Below the pieces are notes generated by a model that saw only the letters and a program-made list of their open reading frames with translations, searched no databases and was not told where the DNA came from. 64,000 nucleotides of DNA from NCBI GenBank assembly GCA_030141605.1, contig JAQGDQ010001065.1, positions 1,901-65,900 on the forward strand. Reading direction: 5' to 3'. Both the position numbers and the translations under genes were made by a program. Within the stretch, counting starts at the first letter, position 1, and every line of letters starts with the position of its first letter. The stretch is from Tubiluchus corallicola. Taxonomy: Eukaryota > Animalia > Priapulida. Positions 42,155 through 54,840 of the stretch are shown one piece after another.

Positions 42155-42805
42155 GCGGGATGCTCACTCTGTATCTCGACACTAGGCGGAGGAGCTGCAC
42201 AAAGCGTTCACTAAGGCAAACTGACAGCACCACTTCCGAAATGGATACAAAACACCAGTTTAATGTGTTGACCAAAAGTTTTTTTTATTGTTGTTAGAGC
42301 CTTTAACAGCTACAAAGACAGGAATGAGAACTGCAAGTAGCCTTAAGAACAGCGACGTCACAACAATAAATTCGTAAGAAATCCACAGTCATAATGCTCA
42401 TCACAGTCAGAAAAATAGAGCAATGGTGGAGAGAACCAAAAGACGGGTAAAATGTCATACAACTACTACAGCTATAGCTCACGAAAGGCCAAAATGCTAA
42501 TGTATTGAAGGATATTATGTGCTTCAATTCTAAAAGAGTGACTACTGTAAAAAGCTAAATGCCTACTAATAAACAAACAGGTGGCAGCACCGTGGCAGTA
42601 ATTGAGAACTAAATTAAAACCAAAAAAGAGCCTATGCACCCACTACACCTTCCATAGTATAATAGACTGTCTATTATGAGAAACAACTACATGTATTGTT
42701 GTAACAACTGTAATACTACACTAGCTGACAGCACCCCTTCCATAATATAATAGACTGTCTCTCAACTAAGTACTCATTAATTAACGACTTATGCTAGAAA
42801 CTCAA

Positions 42806-42913
42806 ATCACGTTGAAAACACCGGTTCTCGTCTGATCACCGAAGTTAAGCAACGTACAGCCTGGTTAGAACTTGGATGGGTGACCGCCTAGCAATACCAG
42901 GTGCTGTGGGCTT
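42806..42913 (+). pseudogene. 5S rRNA-derived sequence, 5'-truncated, copy 3
   Basis: Appears identical to copy 2. Confidence 0.88.
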
Positions 42914-44164
42914 GCGGGATGCTCACTCTGTATCTCGACACTAGGCGGAGGAGCTGCACAAAGCGTTCACTAAGGCAAACTGACAGCACCCCTTCTGAAA
43001 TTGATACAAAACACCAGTTTAACGTGCTGACCAAAAGTTTTTTTTATTGTTGTTAGAGCCTTTAACAGTTACAAAGACAGGAATGAGAACTGCAAGTAGC
43101 CTTAAGAACAGCGACGTCACAACAATAAATTCGTAAGAAATTCACAGTCATAATGCTCATGACAGTCAGAAAAATAGAGCAATGGCCTAGTAAATAAACA
43201 AACAGGTGGCAGCACCGTGGCAGTAATTGAGAACTAAATTAAAACCAAAAAAGGGCCTATGCACCCACTACACCTTCCATAATATAATAGACTGTCTATT
43301 ATGAGAAACAACTACATGTATTGCTGTAATAACTGTAATACTAGACTAGCTGACAGCACCCCTTCCATAATATAATAGACTGTCTCTCAATTGTACTCAT
43401 TAATTAACGACTTATGCTAGAAACAACTAATTGTACTGCTGTAATAACTGTAATACTAGACTAGCTGACAGCACCCCTTCCATAATATAATAGACTGTCT
43501 CTCAATTAAGTACTATTAATTAACGACTTATGCTAGAATCAACAATGTACTGCTGTAATAACTGTAATACTAGACTAGCTGACAGCACCCCTTCCATAAT
43601 ATAATAGACTGTCTCTCAATTAAGTACTATTAATTAACGACTTATGCTAGAATCAACAATGTACTGCTGTAATAACTGTAATACTACACTAATTGTATTA
43701 ATTTCACATGTATTGGATTTCTGAATTAAGTAGCAACATTGTGCATTACAAGGTACAACTTGTACTTTGTATGGGCTTATAGGCTCATGTACATCTAGTG
43801 TCGTTTCTGTTATCGTATCTATTCTACGGGTTTTGTAAATTTCAATTAAGTATTAACTAATGAACAAGTCGTATTTTTGAATTAACTGTTTTGAGTTATT
43901 ATGATACACGAAGTAACTAACTCACTGCACATAGTGGAAATACTGTGATTAGTAATAGTTACTGTGTTGTAAATCCACTCAAAATAAGGTTTACATGTAA
44001 TATAATATCTCGCTACAGTATAGACAAGATGGCGTCATTCCAATAAGGTAAAAAGCCACGCCTCCTTATGTTCTTTCTTAGAATCGGTAAGAGGATGTCA
44101 TCTGCTTAAGGTCATTTAAGGAAGCAAAATAAATATTAGGACCTAAAATAAGTTCTCTTTATAT

Positions 44165-44675
44165 GCTAACTTTCTTACTTACTTACCTATCTAGCTACCT
44201 ATCTACCTACCCACTTACTCGCTCACTCATTCACTCACTTACTCACTCACACACTCACTTATTCATTCACTCGCTTACTCACTCGCATGCTCACTCAATC
44301 AATCATCAACTCACTCACTCGCTCACTTACTCACTCACACACTCACTTATTCATTCACTCGCCTACTCACTCAATCAATCACCAACTCACTCACTCGCTC
44401 ACTTACTCACTCACATACTCACTTACTCATTCATTCACTCGCCTGCTCACTAAATCAATCACCCACTCACTCACTTGCTCACTAACTCACTTACTCATTC
44501 ATTCACTCGCTTACTCACTCACCTGCTCACTCAATCAATCACCTACTCACTCACTCGCTCACTTACTCACTCATTCATTCACTCGCCTGCTCACTTAATC
44601 ACTCACATATTCACTCACTTATTCACTAGCTCACTTGCTCACTCACTCACCTTACCTTCCCTGCTTACTTACTTC
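44165..44675. repeat. Degenerate (ACTC)n repeat
   Basis: Direct inspection. Confidence 0.9.
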
Positions 44676-45477
44676 GAATAATTTCTTTTATCAATTAATT
44701 AAACCTGCCTTTGATATTAATATTTAACTTATTTCATTTTAATACTTAACTTATTTAATATTATGAAATAATCACGACCGTTTTTCAGAATGTTGCTCAA
44801 CACTCTGTATGCGCTCACATTCTCAACTCTTGTTTTTGGTTGCCATGGCACCCAGTGAATTACTGGACACGCCCTCTTACTCCTATTTTGTAAAACGGGC
44901 AGCTGGTTGGTAATTAAAGGTAATCCCGCACGCAGTTGATTGGATGAGTGTTTATAGGACCTAAGGACCTGCTTAAACAGTTTTATCCCGTGCGCATGCG
45001 CAACAGCGTCTTGCGCCATAATCTCGGCACGCCAAAACTTTTTGCAAAATTCATCCGCATTAGAAAATAAGTCGCTTCGTTAGTTTCAAACGATCGCGCA
45101 ATTTTACTAATCGACTAAGTCAACGCGAGGAAAAAACGACAAGGAATTAGGGACAATGAATGCCGCCAGGGGCGCTGCGCGGCGCTTAACAAGATTACCA
45201 TTTTAATTGAGTGTGGCATAAGCTGCTTCTGAATTGTTGCTTTGTATTCGCTACGTCTACAAAAAGCTGACTAAACACTAGGCCTGGGTTTTCTTATGTA
45301 AATAAACACAGAGCTGCAGCGTTTAACATGGAGAAACTTAATTAATTTTGTCACTCACTAATTAAACCATATTAGGAGCCATGTTGAATGTGTTTTTGTA
45401 ATTTGTTTTTTATTGCGAATAAAACTTTTCGTTTGTTTTAGTAAAGCGATTATGTAACTCTGTGTATTTACAAAGCT

Positions 45478-45756
<279 letters not shown>

Positions 45757-46127
45757 TAAAGTGATTATTTAACTCTGTGTATTTACAAAGCTGAATTCAA
45801 ATTGAAGAATTTAATTACGAAACTGAAGAGTTTTTAACGAAAAATCTACCCAAAAACTATTGTTTCTTAATACAAAAAACACATACAAGTATTCAGAAAA
45901 GAAGCAGTTTGGGGAAAAAACAAAAAATAATATGATTCGCTGTTTGATTTAATATTCTGCAAGATTAAAAATTCGCTTACTCACTCGCCTGCTCACTAAA
46001 TCAATCACCCATTCACTAATGTTAGCAATGCCCTTCGAATTTTTCAAACCAAGTGTGCATTCTCCAAGTAAAATTAGACCTCGTTCACATGGGTCCTGAC
46101 CAAGACTGGTGTCAGTCTGGGCTAACG

Positions 46128-46492
<365 letters not shown>

Positions 46493-47741
46493 TTACAGAA
46501 AAGTTACAAAAGTACTATTTTATCGGTTTATCTTCACTATCGTTTTTAATCCGCGAGCAGCGGCTTCTAAGACAACCCATACGCTAGTACTTTTTGTTAA
46601 AGGAAAGCCAAACCATTTGACAAGGTAAGCTAATTTTAGTATTCGCGAAAAATGTTAGAAAGGTTTAGTAAAAAAACAGCGATAACCGCCTAATAAATTA
46701 AATAATTATTTGGATTAAGGTCGCTTTCATTTCACGGATGCTTCACTTTGGGCGTCCATTTTTCCACCAACTACGTCACTCGTCGACTAAAGGAAAGCGA
46801 GCTCACTGTGAATTTCCAGCAGAAATATCTTCGGCTTTCAGAAGAAATTAGATAGCCAATTTTGCGTGAAGATTACGTTTATTACAGAAGTTTGAATTAG
46901 TTTAAATAATTCGCACTAACGGACGGCCAGAATGCGCTTACGGAAAGTCACGAAGTCCACCAGTTACGAGCCGAAATGTGAAGATAAGGCAAACTGCTCA
47001 ATCACACATGAGTAAACCGCACTTGACCAGGCAAGTGATAGCTAATCACGAGCATTGTGTGCACTGGCTATATATGAGTGTAATAATTGAAAGTTTACCG
47101 CACGACGTTGAGTAAACCACACTAGACCAGGCATATTCAACTGATAAACACGGTCCTACTCGCGGATTTAGATTCGAATTAGTTCAGTTTTGTCTAAACC
47201 AAGTTTCTTAAACTAGCTGCATTGATTCATCGAGTATCTCAGAGTACGTTGAATAATTATATCCATTGTAACAATCTTTGTGGCATATGTTAATCAGAGT
47301 ACGTTGAATAATTATATCCATTGTAACAATCATTGTGTCATATGTTACACAACTATTGACACAATCTGTTCCTTCGCTCACGCTAAAGCTCAAGGCAATA
47401 CTTTAACCTATCAGACCCGCGTGATAATTTAAGCCGCGGACCGCCTAAGGCCTCGCTCACACTGCACAATCTGACTCACGTTTCAGCAGAACTATAAAGT
47501 AAAACGGCACAAGGCGATTAATATTTGATGCGGCGTAGACTGACTGTGTAAGATTTACTGATTTTGCCGGGGGCTATGGCTGTTCTAAATAGGATCATTT
47601 AGTGGAGTGATGACAACTGTGAATTTTCCCTTGATAAGAGACCTGGACAGATACAGGTTGTTCGGAAAATAACGCTCAACTGATTGGTGAAATATGCTAA
47701 AAGTTTACAAGAAATATATCAAATTTTCTTGGCAGACGTAT

Positions 47742-48285
47742 TAAATAAGTAAGAAAACAAGTAAATAAGTAAGAAAGTTGGTAATGAAGTAAGTAAGTAA
47801 GTAAGTAAGTAAATAAGTAAGTAAGCAAGCAAGTAAAAAACAAGTCAGTAAATAACAAGCAAGCAGGCAAGTAGGTGAGCAGTCAAGCAAGTAACAAAGT
47901 AAGTAAGTAAATAAGTAAGAGAGTAAGTAAGCAAACAAGTAAGCAAATAAGTAAGTGCAAACAAATAAGTAAATAAGTAATTGAGTAAGTAAGCAAGTAA
48001 ATAACTAAGTAAGGAGTAAGCAAGCAAGCAAGTAAGTAAATAAGCAAGTAAATAAGTAAGTTAGTTAGCAAGTAAGTAAGCAAACAAGTAAGTAGGTAAA
48101 TAAGTAAATAATCAAGCAAGCATGCAAACAAGTACGTAAGAAAGTAAGTAAATGAGTAAGTAAGTAAGTTAACAAGTAAGCAGGCAGGCAAGTAGGCGAG
48201 TAATCAAGCAAGCAAGCAAACAAGTACGTAAGAAAGTAAGTAAGTTAACAAGTAAGCAAGCAAGCAAACAAGTACGTAAGAAAGC
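47742..48285. repeat. Degenerate (AAGT)n repeat
   Basis: Direct inspection. Confidence 0.9.
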
Positions 48286-49562
48286 GATTAATATTGCTAA
48301 AAGATGAGAGAAAAATTTATATAGCATTTTTTGTTTTTAAAAATTCGTTCTCTTTCTCTTCTCTCTGTTTTCCTTTCTCTCTCTCTCTCTCTCTGTGCCT
48401 GTCTCTCTCTCTCTGTTTTCCCTTCTCTCTCTCTCTCTCTGTTTGCCTTTCTCTCTGTTTTCCTCTCTCTCTATTCCTGTCTTTCTCCCCCCTCGTAGCA
48501 TATTTGTGAATACAAAGAGTTAGACAATCATGTCCTGTAGGTTACAGGCTGGAAACGCGCTAAAAACCGCAAAAATCTTCCTACCATTTTCCAAAATTGC
48601 TCTCAAATTATTCCAGTAAAATGCCACTGCGGTGTGAATCACTGCTCGTATTTCCTGGATGGATAACACGGGATAGTTGGGATAAGTACAGGTTGCCAGG
48701 CGGTGTATGATTTCAACCAGTCAGCCAAATTGTTATCTAATTGTACGAAACGGTTCGTATCATAGACGTAAACGGTACAATTAGGGGCCTGCATTGCCGA
48801 GTAATTGTCTTAATAAGTGTATAAACGGTAAGTTGAGCGTGGCTTCGCGGGCCGTAATGACATAATTTGCATGCCGTAATGAAGCCATTGCTGATTTATC
48901 TAGCATTAATGTTTCTAAATTAGAGCTTAGATCGGAAAATTTGTGAGAGGAATTGAGACAGTGTGTTCTTTACGCTTAAATAACGACTTCATAAATGTTC
49001 AATGACGAGCGTCGCTGCGCATGCGTATTAGTCACGCCCACAGCTTCACAGAATTTGTCCTCGGCAAACGAGACATTGCTGTTACTACACTAAATTGAGG
49101 AAGATTAAAGAATTTTTAGTTTTGAAGATACAACAGTTATTTGTTAGGCCATCCTGGAATACTTTGTATTTTAGAATATCGTTTTAACACCATAGATGCT
49201 TATAAATTCACTTTTTTCCCTCGGACGTCTTATATGTGGAATTTTCTGTCAAGAAGTTATCTCCCTGAATACCACAACTTCTTCCAAATCTAGAAAAGTG
49301 TTAATAGGTATCTTTTATCGCCTATCACTTTTTGCTGTAATTCTTAGGACATACAGTATCGCGACTGCTAATTATAAATTTGTAAGTGTCCCATTAAACG
49401 TGAAAACATTGTAAGCGTTTTACAGCACCAAGATGTCAATTATGTGTTAACTTGTCGTGATAATCTGATTTTAATTAACTTTGCTAATATTTGGTTATAT
49501 AATTTTATTTTTAACGGGAATAATTAATTTTAGAAAATTGTTATCAATGTCAGATAGAAAGG

Positions 49563-50090
49563 TAATAATACAATGCTAGCATAACTATTGTAAGTTGTTA
49601 AATATGAAATGTAAATACTGCTAACTGTTATAGCCCTGTAAATAGAGGACGCATGTATTATGTATGTGTTAATATTCTCAAAATAAATAATAATAATAAT
49701 ACAATGTTAGCATAGCTATTGTAAGTTGTTATATATGAAATGTAAATACTGCTAACCGTTATGGCCCTGTAAATAGAGGGCGCATGTACATATGTATGTG
49801 TTAATATTTTCAAAATAAATAATAATAACAATAATAATACAATGTTAGCATAGCTATTGTAAGTTGTTAAATATGAAATGTAAATACTGCTAACCGTTAT
49901 AGCCCTGTAAATAGAGGGCGCATGTACTATGTATGTGTTAATATTTTCAAAATAAATAATAATAACAATAATAATACAATGTTAGCATAGCATAGCTATT
50001 GTAAGTTGTTAAATATGAAATGTAAATACTGCTAACTGTTATAGCCCTGTAAATAGAGGGCGCATGTACATATGTATGTGCTCAAAATAA
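49563..50090. repeat. ~135-bp minisatellite, 4 copies
   Basis: CTATTGTAAGTTGTTA...ATGAAATGTAAATACTGC recurs four times. Confidence 0.92.
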
Positions 50091-51224
50091 AGAATTATAA
50101 TAAAAAAATAATTAGGGTCTACTGTCAGGTCATTGGCCCTTTAGGCAATTTGTATAAAAAAACACAAGAACATTCAATCGGGCGAAAGTGATATTTGTGT
50201 AGCGTTACTGTACAACATTCGGTGCGATACACGCTGTAATGTACAAAAACTCGACAAATTGTTAAGCTTTAAAATTCAGATACCAGGTATACCGTTGCGC
50301 ACATGCGCCAGCTATTAAACGTGTGCACTACTTCACAACTGAACACTAGCAAATGTTCAAATACATGTAAATAGCCAATAATTCTTTCACGCAAGTCATT
50401 TTTGAAAAAAATGGTATTTTACCTTCAATATTTTATAAGACAAATTTGTTTGAACTATGATTAAACTGTAAATTGGCCGTCAGCTTTTAGACAGAAAACC
50501 TGACATCCTGTATTTTCTAATGGAGATTTAGAGCGCAGCTCCAAATGTTAATTAAAATATTGGACTGCCCTCCTCTCATAGCGGAGGCAGGACTGGCACC
50601 GCGGCCACACCGTGCGGCATGTGTTAATTATGTCATTCAACGCCTCACCCATAAACAAAGATTGAATAATAGAGTCAGTCGAAATGACAATTTATTATTG
50701 AATTTTACACTTTTAATAAGGAACGACCAGCTTACCTACAGAAACAGAGTTTGCGAGAAAAGCCTGAGAAATGTGAACAGAGCTGCACACGCTACGAAAG
50801 ACACGACCACTGACAAGGGTCTACAGCAGACCTTCCCTTTTTATAAGCTCAGGTGTGCACGTGACTAGTGGCTTTTACTAACACAAGGTCAGAATACGAG
50901 TCTGTGCTAGATAAAGCCACGTTCACATGCACACCTGAGAAGTCTACTGTGCCCTACCAGCATTACATTTCATTTCCTTACAGCCCTGTAGTGCAATATC
51001 TACTTGGTATCTGCTTGTTCTGTGAATTTATCGTACTACTATGGTACCAGCCAACGGCTAGAGGGCGGAGGAGGTCAAGTGATGCAACGGCCATGTGTAG
51101 AGGAGTAAACCTTCCAAATCGGGAGTGGAGCACCGAAGGCGGACCAGTGCAGCATGCTCACTGACCCCGGCAGCTCCTGCAGCCAACCTGGTGCCAAACG
51201 TATCGCTCCGCTTTCCTTTGAACT

Positions 51225-51628
51225 ACACCAGGGAGGAAGAGAGGAGGTTCCTGCGGTCTGGGCAACTCAGGATCTCCATACACCTGGCCCAGGCGTGCGC
51301 CCTGGAGACGTTCAAGGATCGCACTGCTCAGCCACAGTCGACGCTGCAGCTCCATCAATGTGATCAATAACCGACTCTCTTGGCACACTCCATTGTCTTC
51401 CGAGACAGAAGGATGCCAACCAAGCAACACCAGGGAGGAAGAGAGGGGGTTCCTGTTGTCTGGGCAACTCAGGATCTCCATACACCTTCCCCAGGCGTGT
51501 GCCTTGGAGACGTTCAAGGATCGCACTGCTCAGCCACAGTCGACGCTGCAGCTCCATCAATGTGATCAATAACTGACTCTCTTGGCGCACACTCCATTGT
51601 CTTCCGAGACAGAAGGATGCCAACAATA
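51225..51628. repeat. ~202-bp GC-rich tandem duplication
   Basis: CACCAGGGAGGAAGAGAGG...GAAGGATGCCAAC occurs twice. Confidence 0.9.
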
Positions 51629-51922
51629 ACAATGGTTTCTTCAACCGGGATATATTTATGATTAAAACAAAACAAAAGAAAAATTTAATGAATCAGACAC
51701 ACTCTTTTTATTCATTGTTGTATTTACAATTAAGTTAAATGGTTAAGAAGTAAAATAATTATTCATCATACTCAAATACTATACAGGTAATATGACTTAC
51801 TCCACTTGTAACAGTGCATGAAAAATTCTCGTGTGCTGTAAATTTGTGCAGCTTAATTAACAATTAATTTCCATCAAATGTCTCTTAATTATTATCACAA
51901 CAAAATGATGTTCATGCTTCTC

Positions 51923-52243
51923 CTATAATGCACCTTGAAATTGTTCTTGACCCGGAAGTGCTTGGTGACTGGGGTCATACGTTGCCTCTGAGCTGTAACC
52001 GGAAGTGTAGCCGGATGTGGGCCAATTCCATTGACTGTACGCAGGATATTCAAGCTGCTGGGTGGTGTATTGATTGATAGCTGCGTACTGCTGCGATATA
52101 TCCATAAAAGGTTGTTGCATGGCAACAGGCCACTCCCCTTCTTGTATTGCTTCGCTCTGATAGGCGGAGACAGGACAAGCCGTCACGTGGCCCTGAGCGC
52201 TAGGAATCATGGGATACAGATGGTGGTTTTCTGTTCTCTTTTT
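51923..52243 (-). CDS. Divergent homeobox gene, 3' part of the last exon (Y/Q/P/S-rich tail and stop)
   Basis: Reads RTENHHLYPMIPS...EQFQGAL*; AATAAA on the minus strand at 51712-51707; continues the peptide begun in 52246-52342. Confidence 0.7.
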   Translation of the reverse strand, partial: KKRTENHHLYPMIPSAQGHVTACPVSAYQSEAIQEGEWPVAMQQPFMDISQQYAAINQYTTQQLEYPAYSQWNWPTSGYTSGYSSEATYDPSHQALPGQEQFQGAL

Positions 52244-52245
52244 AG

Positions 52246-52499
52246 GTCAAAGTTCAAACGACGTGGCAAAAAGGATACCGCTTACAACGGTACTGAAGAC
52301 GTATTAAGTATTCTCTCCACGAACCGCTACATATCCAGGCCAAAAAAGAGAACAGAAAACCACCATCTGTATCCCATGATTCCTAGCGCTCAGGGCCACG
52401 TGACGGCTTGTCCTGTCTCCGCCTATCAGAGCGAAGCAATACAAGAAGGGGAGTGGCCTGTTGCCATGCAACAACCTTTTATGGATATATCGCAGCAGT
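52246..52499 (+). CDS. Divergent homeobox gene, start of the last exon, in inverted orientation
   Basis: TTTTTAG|G TCA AAG TTC AAA CGA CGT completes WFQNR-R-SKFKRR in phase 2 with the 58356 donor; runs into the gap. Confidence 0.65.
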
Positions 52500-52789
52500 N
52501 NNNNNNNNNNNNNNNNNNNNNNNNNNNNNNNNNNNNNNNNNNNNNNNNNNNNNNNNNNNNNNNNNNNNNNNNNNNNNNNNNNNNNNNNNNNNNNNNNNNN
52601 NNNNNNNNNNNNNNNNNNNNNNNNNNNNNNNNNNNNNNNNNNNNNNNNNNNNNNNNNNNNNNNNNNNNNNNNNNNNNNNNNNNNNNNNNNNNNNNNNNNN
52701 NNNNNNNNNNNNNNNNNNNNNNNNNNNNNNNNNNNNNNNNNNNNNNNNNNNNNNNNNNNNNNNNNNNNNNNNNNNNNNNNNNNNNNNNN
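52500..52789. other. Assembly gap (290 N)
   Basis: Run of N. Confidence 1.
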
Positions 52790-53174
52790 GCCTAATGTTA
52801 ACATATTTAGATTTTGCACAGAAAGATTTAAACACTTCAGCATTGATCCTTAGAAATAAATCCACTTGGGGCATTGCGGCGTGTAGGGAGTCCTGGCATA
52901 GGGAGGTGAGCAGAATCATGTACCTGGACGTGTGATTCATTGAAGAAGAAGAAGAAGAAGTTGTATTCCTACAAGCGAGAATCTGAATAGCTACAATCTG
53001 AGAATAACTCAATAGATACCTTCTTCTACAAGCAAAATTCGTATACAGGAAATCTTTGTCTTTTTTTCGAGATTTATTTTCGTTGTATCATTTTCAGAAA
53101 GCTGCCATTTTATCAGGAATGGAGACGAATCGTTATTTTCAATACAATTTGTTCCAACATTCAAGATAAAGAGT

Positions 53175-54840
53175 TAAAGCAAGAAAGAGAATGAAGGTAC
53201 TAAAGCAAGAAAGAGAATGAAGGTACTAAAGCAAGAAAGAGACTGAAGGTACTAAAGCAAGAAAGAGACTGAAGGTACTAAAGCAAGAAAGAGACTGAAG
53301 GTACTAAAGCAAGAAAGAGACTGAAGGTACTAAAGCAAGAAAGAGAATGAAGGTACTAAAGCAAGAAAGAGAATGATGGTACTAAAGCAAGAAAGAGACT
53401 GAAGGTACTAAAGCAAGAAAGAGAATGAAGGTACTAAAGCAAGAAAGAGAATGAAGGTACTAAAGCAAGAAAGAGAATGAAGGTACTAAAGCAAGAAAGA
53501 GACTGAAGGTACTAAAGCAAGAAAGAGAATGAAGGTACTAAAACAAGAAAGAGAATGAAGGTACTAAAGCAAGAAAGAGAATGAAGGTACTAAAGAAAGA
53601 AAGAGAATGAAGGTAATAAAGCAAGAAAGAGACTGAAGGTACTAAAGCAAGAAAGAGAATGAAGGTACTAAAGCAAGAAAGAGAATGAAGGTACTAAAGC
53701 AAGAAAGAGAATGAAGGTACTAAAGCAAGAAAGAGACTGAAGGTACTAAGGCAAGAAAGAGACTGAAGGTACTAAAGCAAGAAAGAGACTGAAGGTACTA
53801 AAGCAGGAAAGAGACTGAAGGTCCTAAAGCAAGAAAGAGACTGAAGGTTCTAAAGCAAGAAAGAGAATGAAGGTACTAAAGTAAGAAAGAGAATGAAGGT
53901 ACTAAAGCAAGAAAGAGACTGAAGGTACTAAAGCAAGAAAGAGAATGAAGGTACTAAAGCAAGAGAAGAGAATGAAGGTACTAAAGCAAGAAAGAGACTG
54001 AAGGTACTAAAGCAAGAAAAAGAATGAAGGTACTAAAGCAAGAAAGAGAATGATGGTACTAAAGCAAGAAAGAGAATGAAGGTACTAAAGAAAGAAAGAG
54101 AATGAAGGTACTGAAGCAAGAAAGAGAATGAAGGTACTAAAACAAGAAAGAGAATGAAGGTGCTAAAACAAGAAAGAGAATGAAGGTACTAAAGCAAGAA
54201 AGAGAACGAAGGTACTAAAGCAAGAAAGAGAATGAAGGTACTAAAGCAAGAAAGAGAATGAAGGTACTAAAACAAGAAAGAGAATGAAGGTACTAAAGCA
54301 AGAAAGAGAATGAAGGTACTAAAGCAAGAAAGAGAATGAAAGTACTAAAGCAAGAAAGAGACTGAAGGTACTAAAGCAAGAAAGAGAATGAAGGTACTAA
54401 AGCAAGAAAGAGAATGAAGGTACTAAAACAAGAAAGAGAATGAAGGTACTAAAACAAGAAAGAGAATGAAGGTACTAAAACAAGAAAGAGAATGAAGGTG
54501 CTAAAACAAGAAAGAGAATGAAGGTACTAAAGCAAGAAAGAGAATGAAGGTACTAAAGCAAGAAAGAGAATGAAAGTACTAAAGCAAGAAAGAGACTGAA
54601 GGTACTAAAGCAAGAAAGAGAATGAAGGTACTAAAGCAAGAAAGAGAATGAAGGTACTAAAACAAGAAAGAGAATGAAGGTACTAAAACAAGAAAGAGAA
54701 TGAAGGTAATAAAGCAAGAAAGAGACTGAAGGTACTAAAGCAAGAAAGAGAATGAAGGTACTAAAGCAAGAAAGAGAATGAAGGTACTAAAGCAAGAAAG
54801 AGAATGAAGGTACTAAAGCAAGAAAGAGAATGAAGGTACT
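53175..54840 (+). repeat. 26-bp satellite, ~64 copies
   Basis: Unit GAAGGTACTAAAGCAAGAAAGAGAAT. Confidence 0.98.

Larger units (their letters stand above)
41177..43690 (+). repeat. ~760-bp tandem repeat (about 3 units) carrying 5S-derived sequence, followed by ~120-bp subrepeats
   Basis: Unit landmarks recur at 41282, 42047 and 42806. Confidence 0.9.

Noticed and set aside
41282-42913. Functional 5S rRNA genes
   Set aside because: The 5' strand of helix I is missing, there is no T-run terminator, and there are several substitutions
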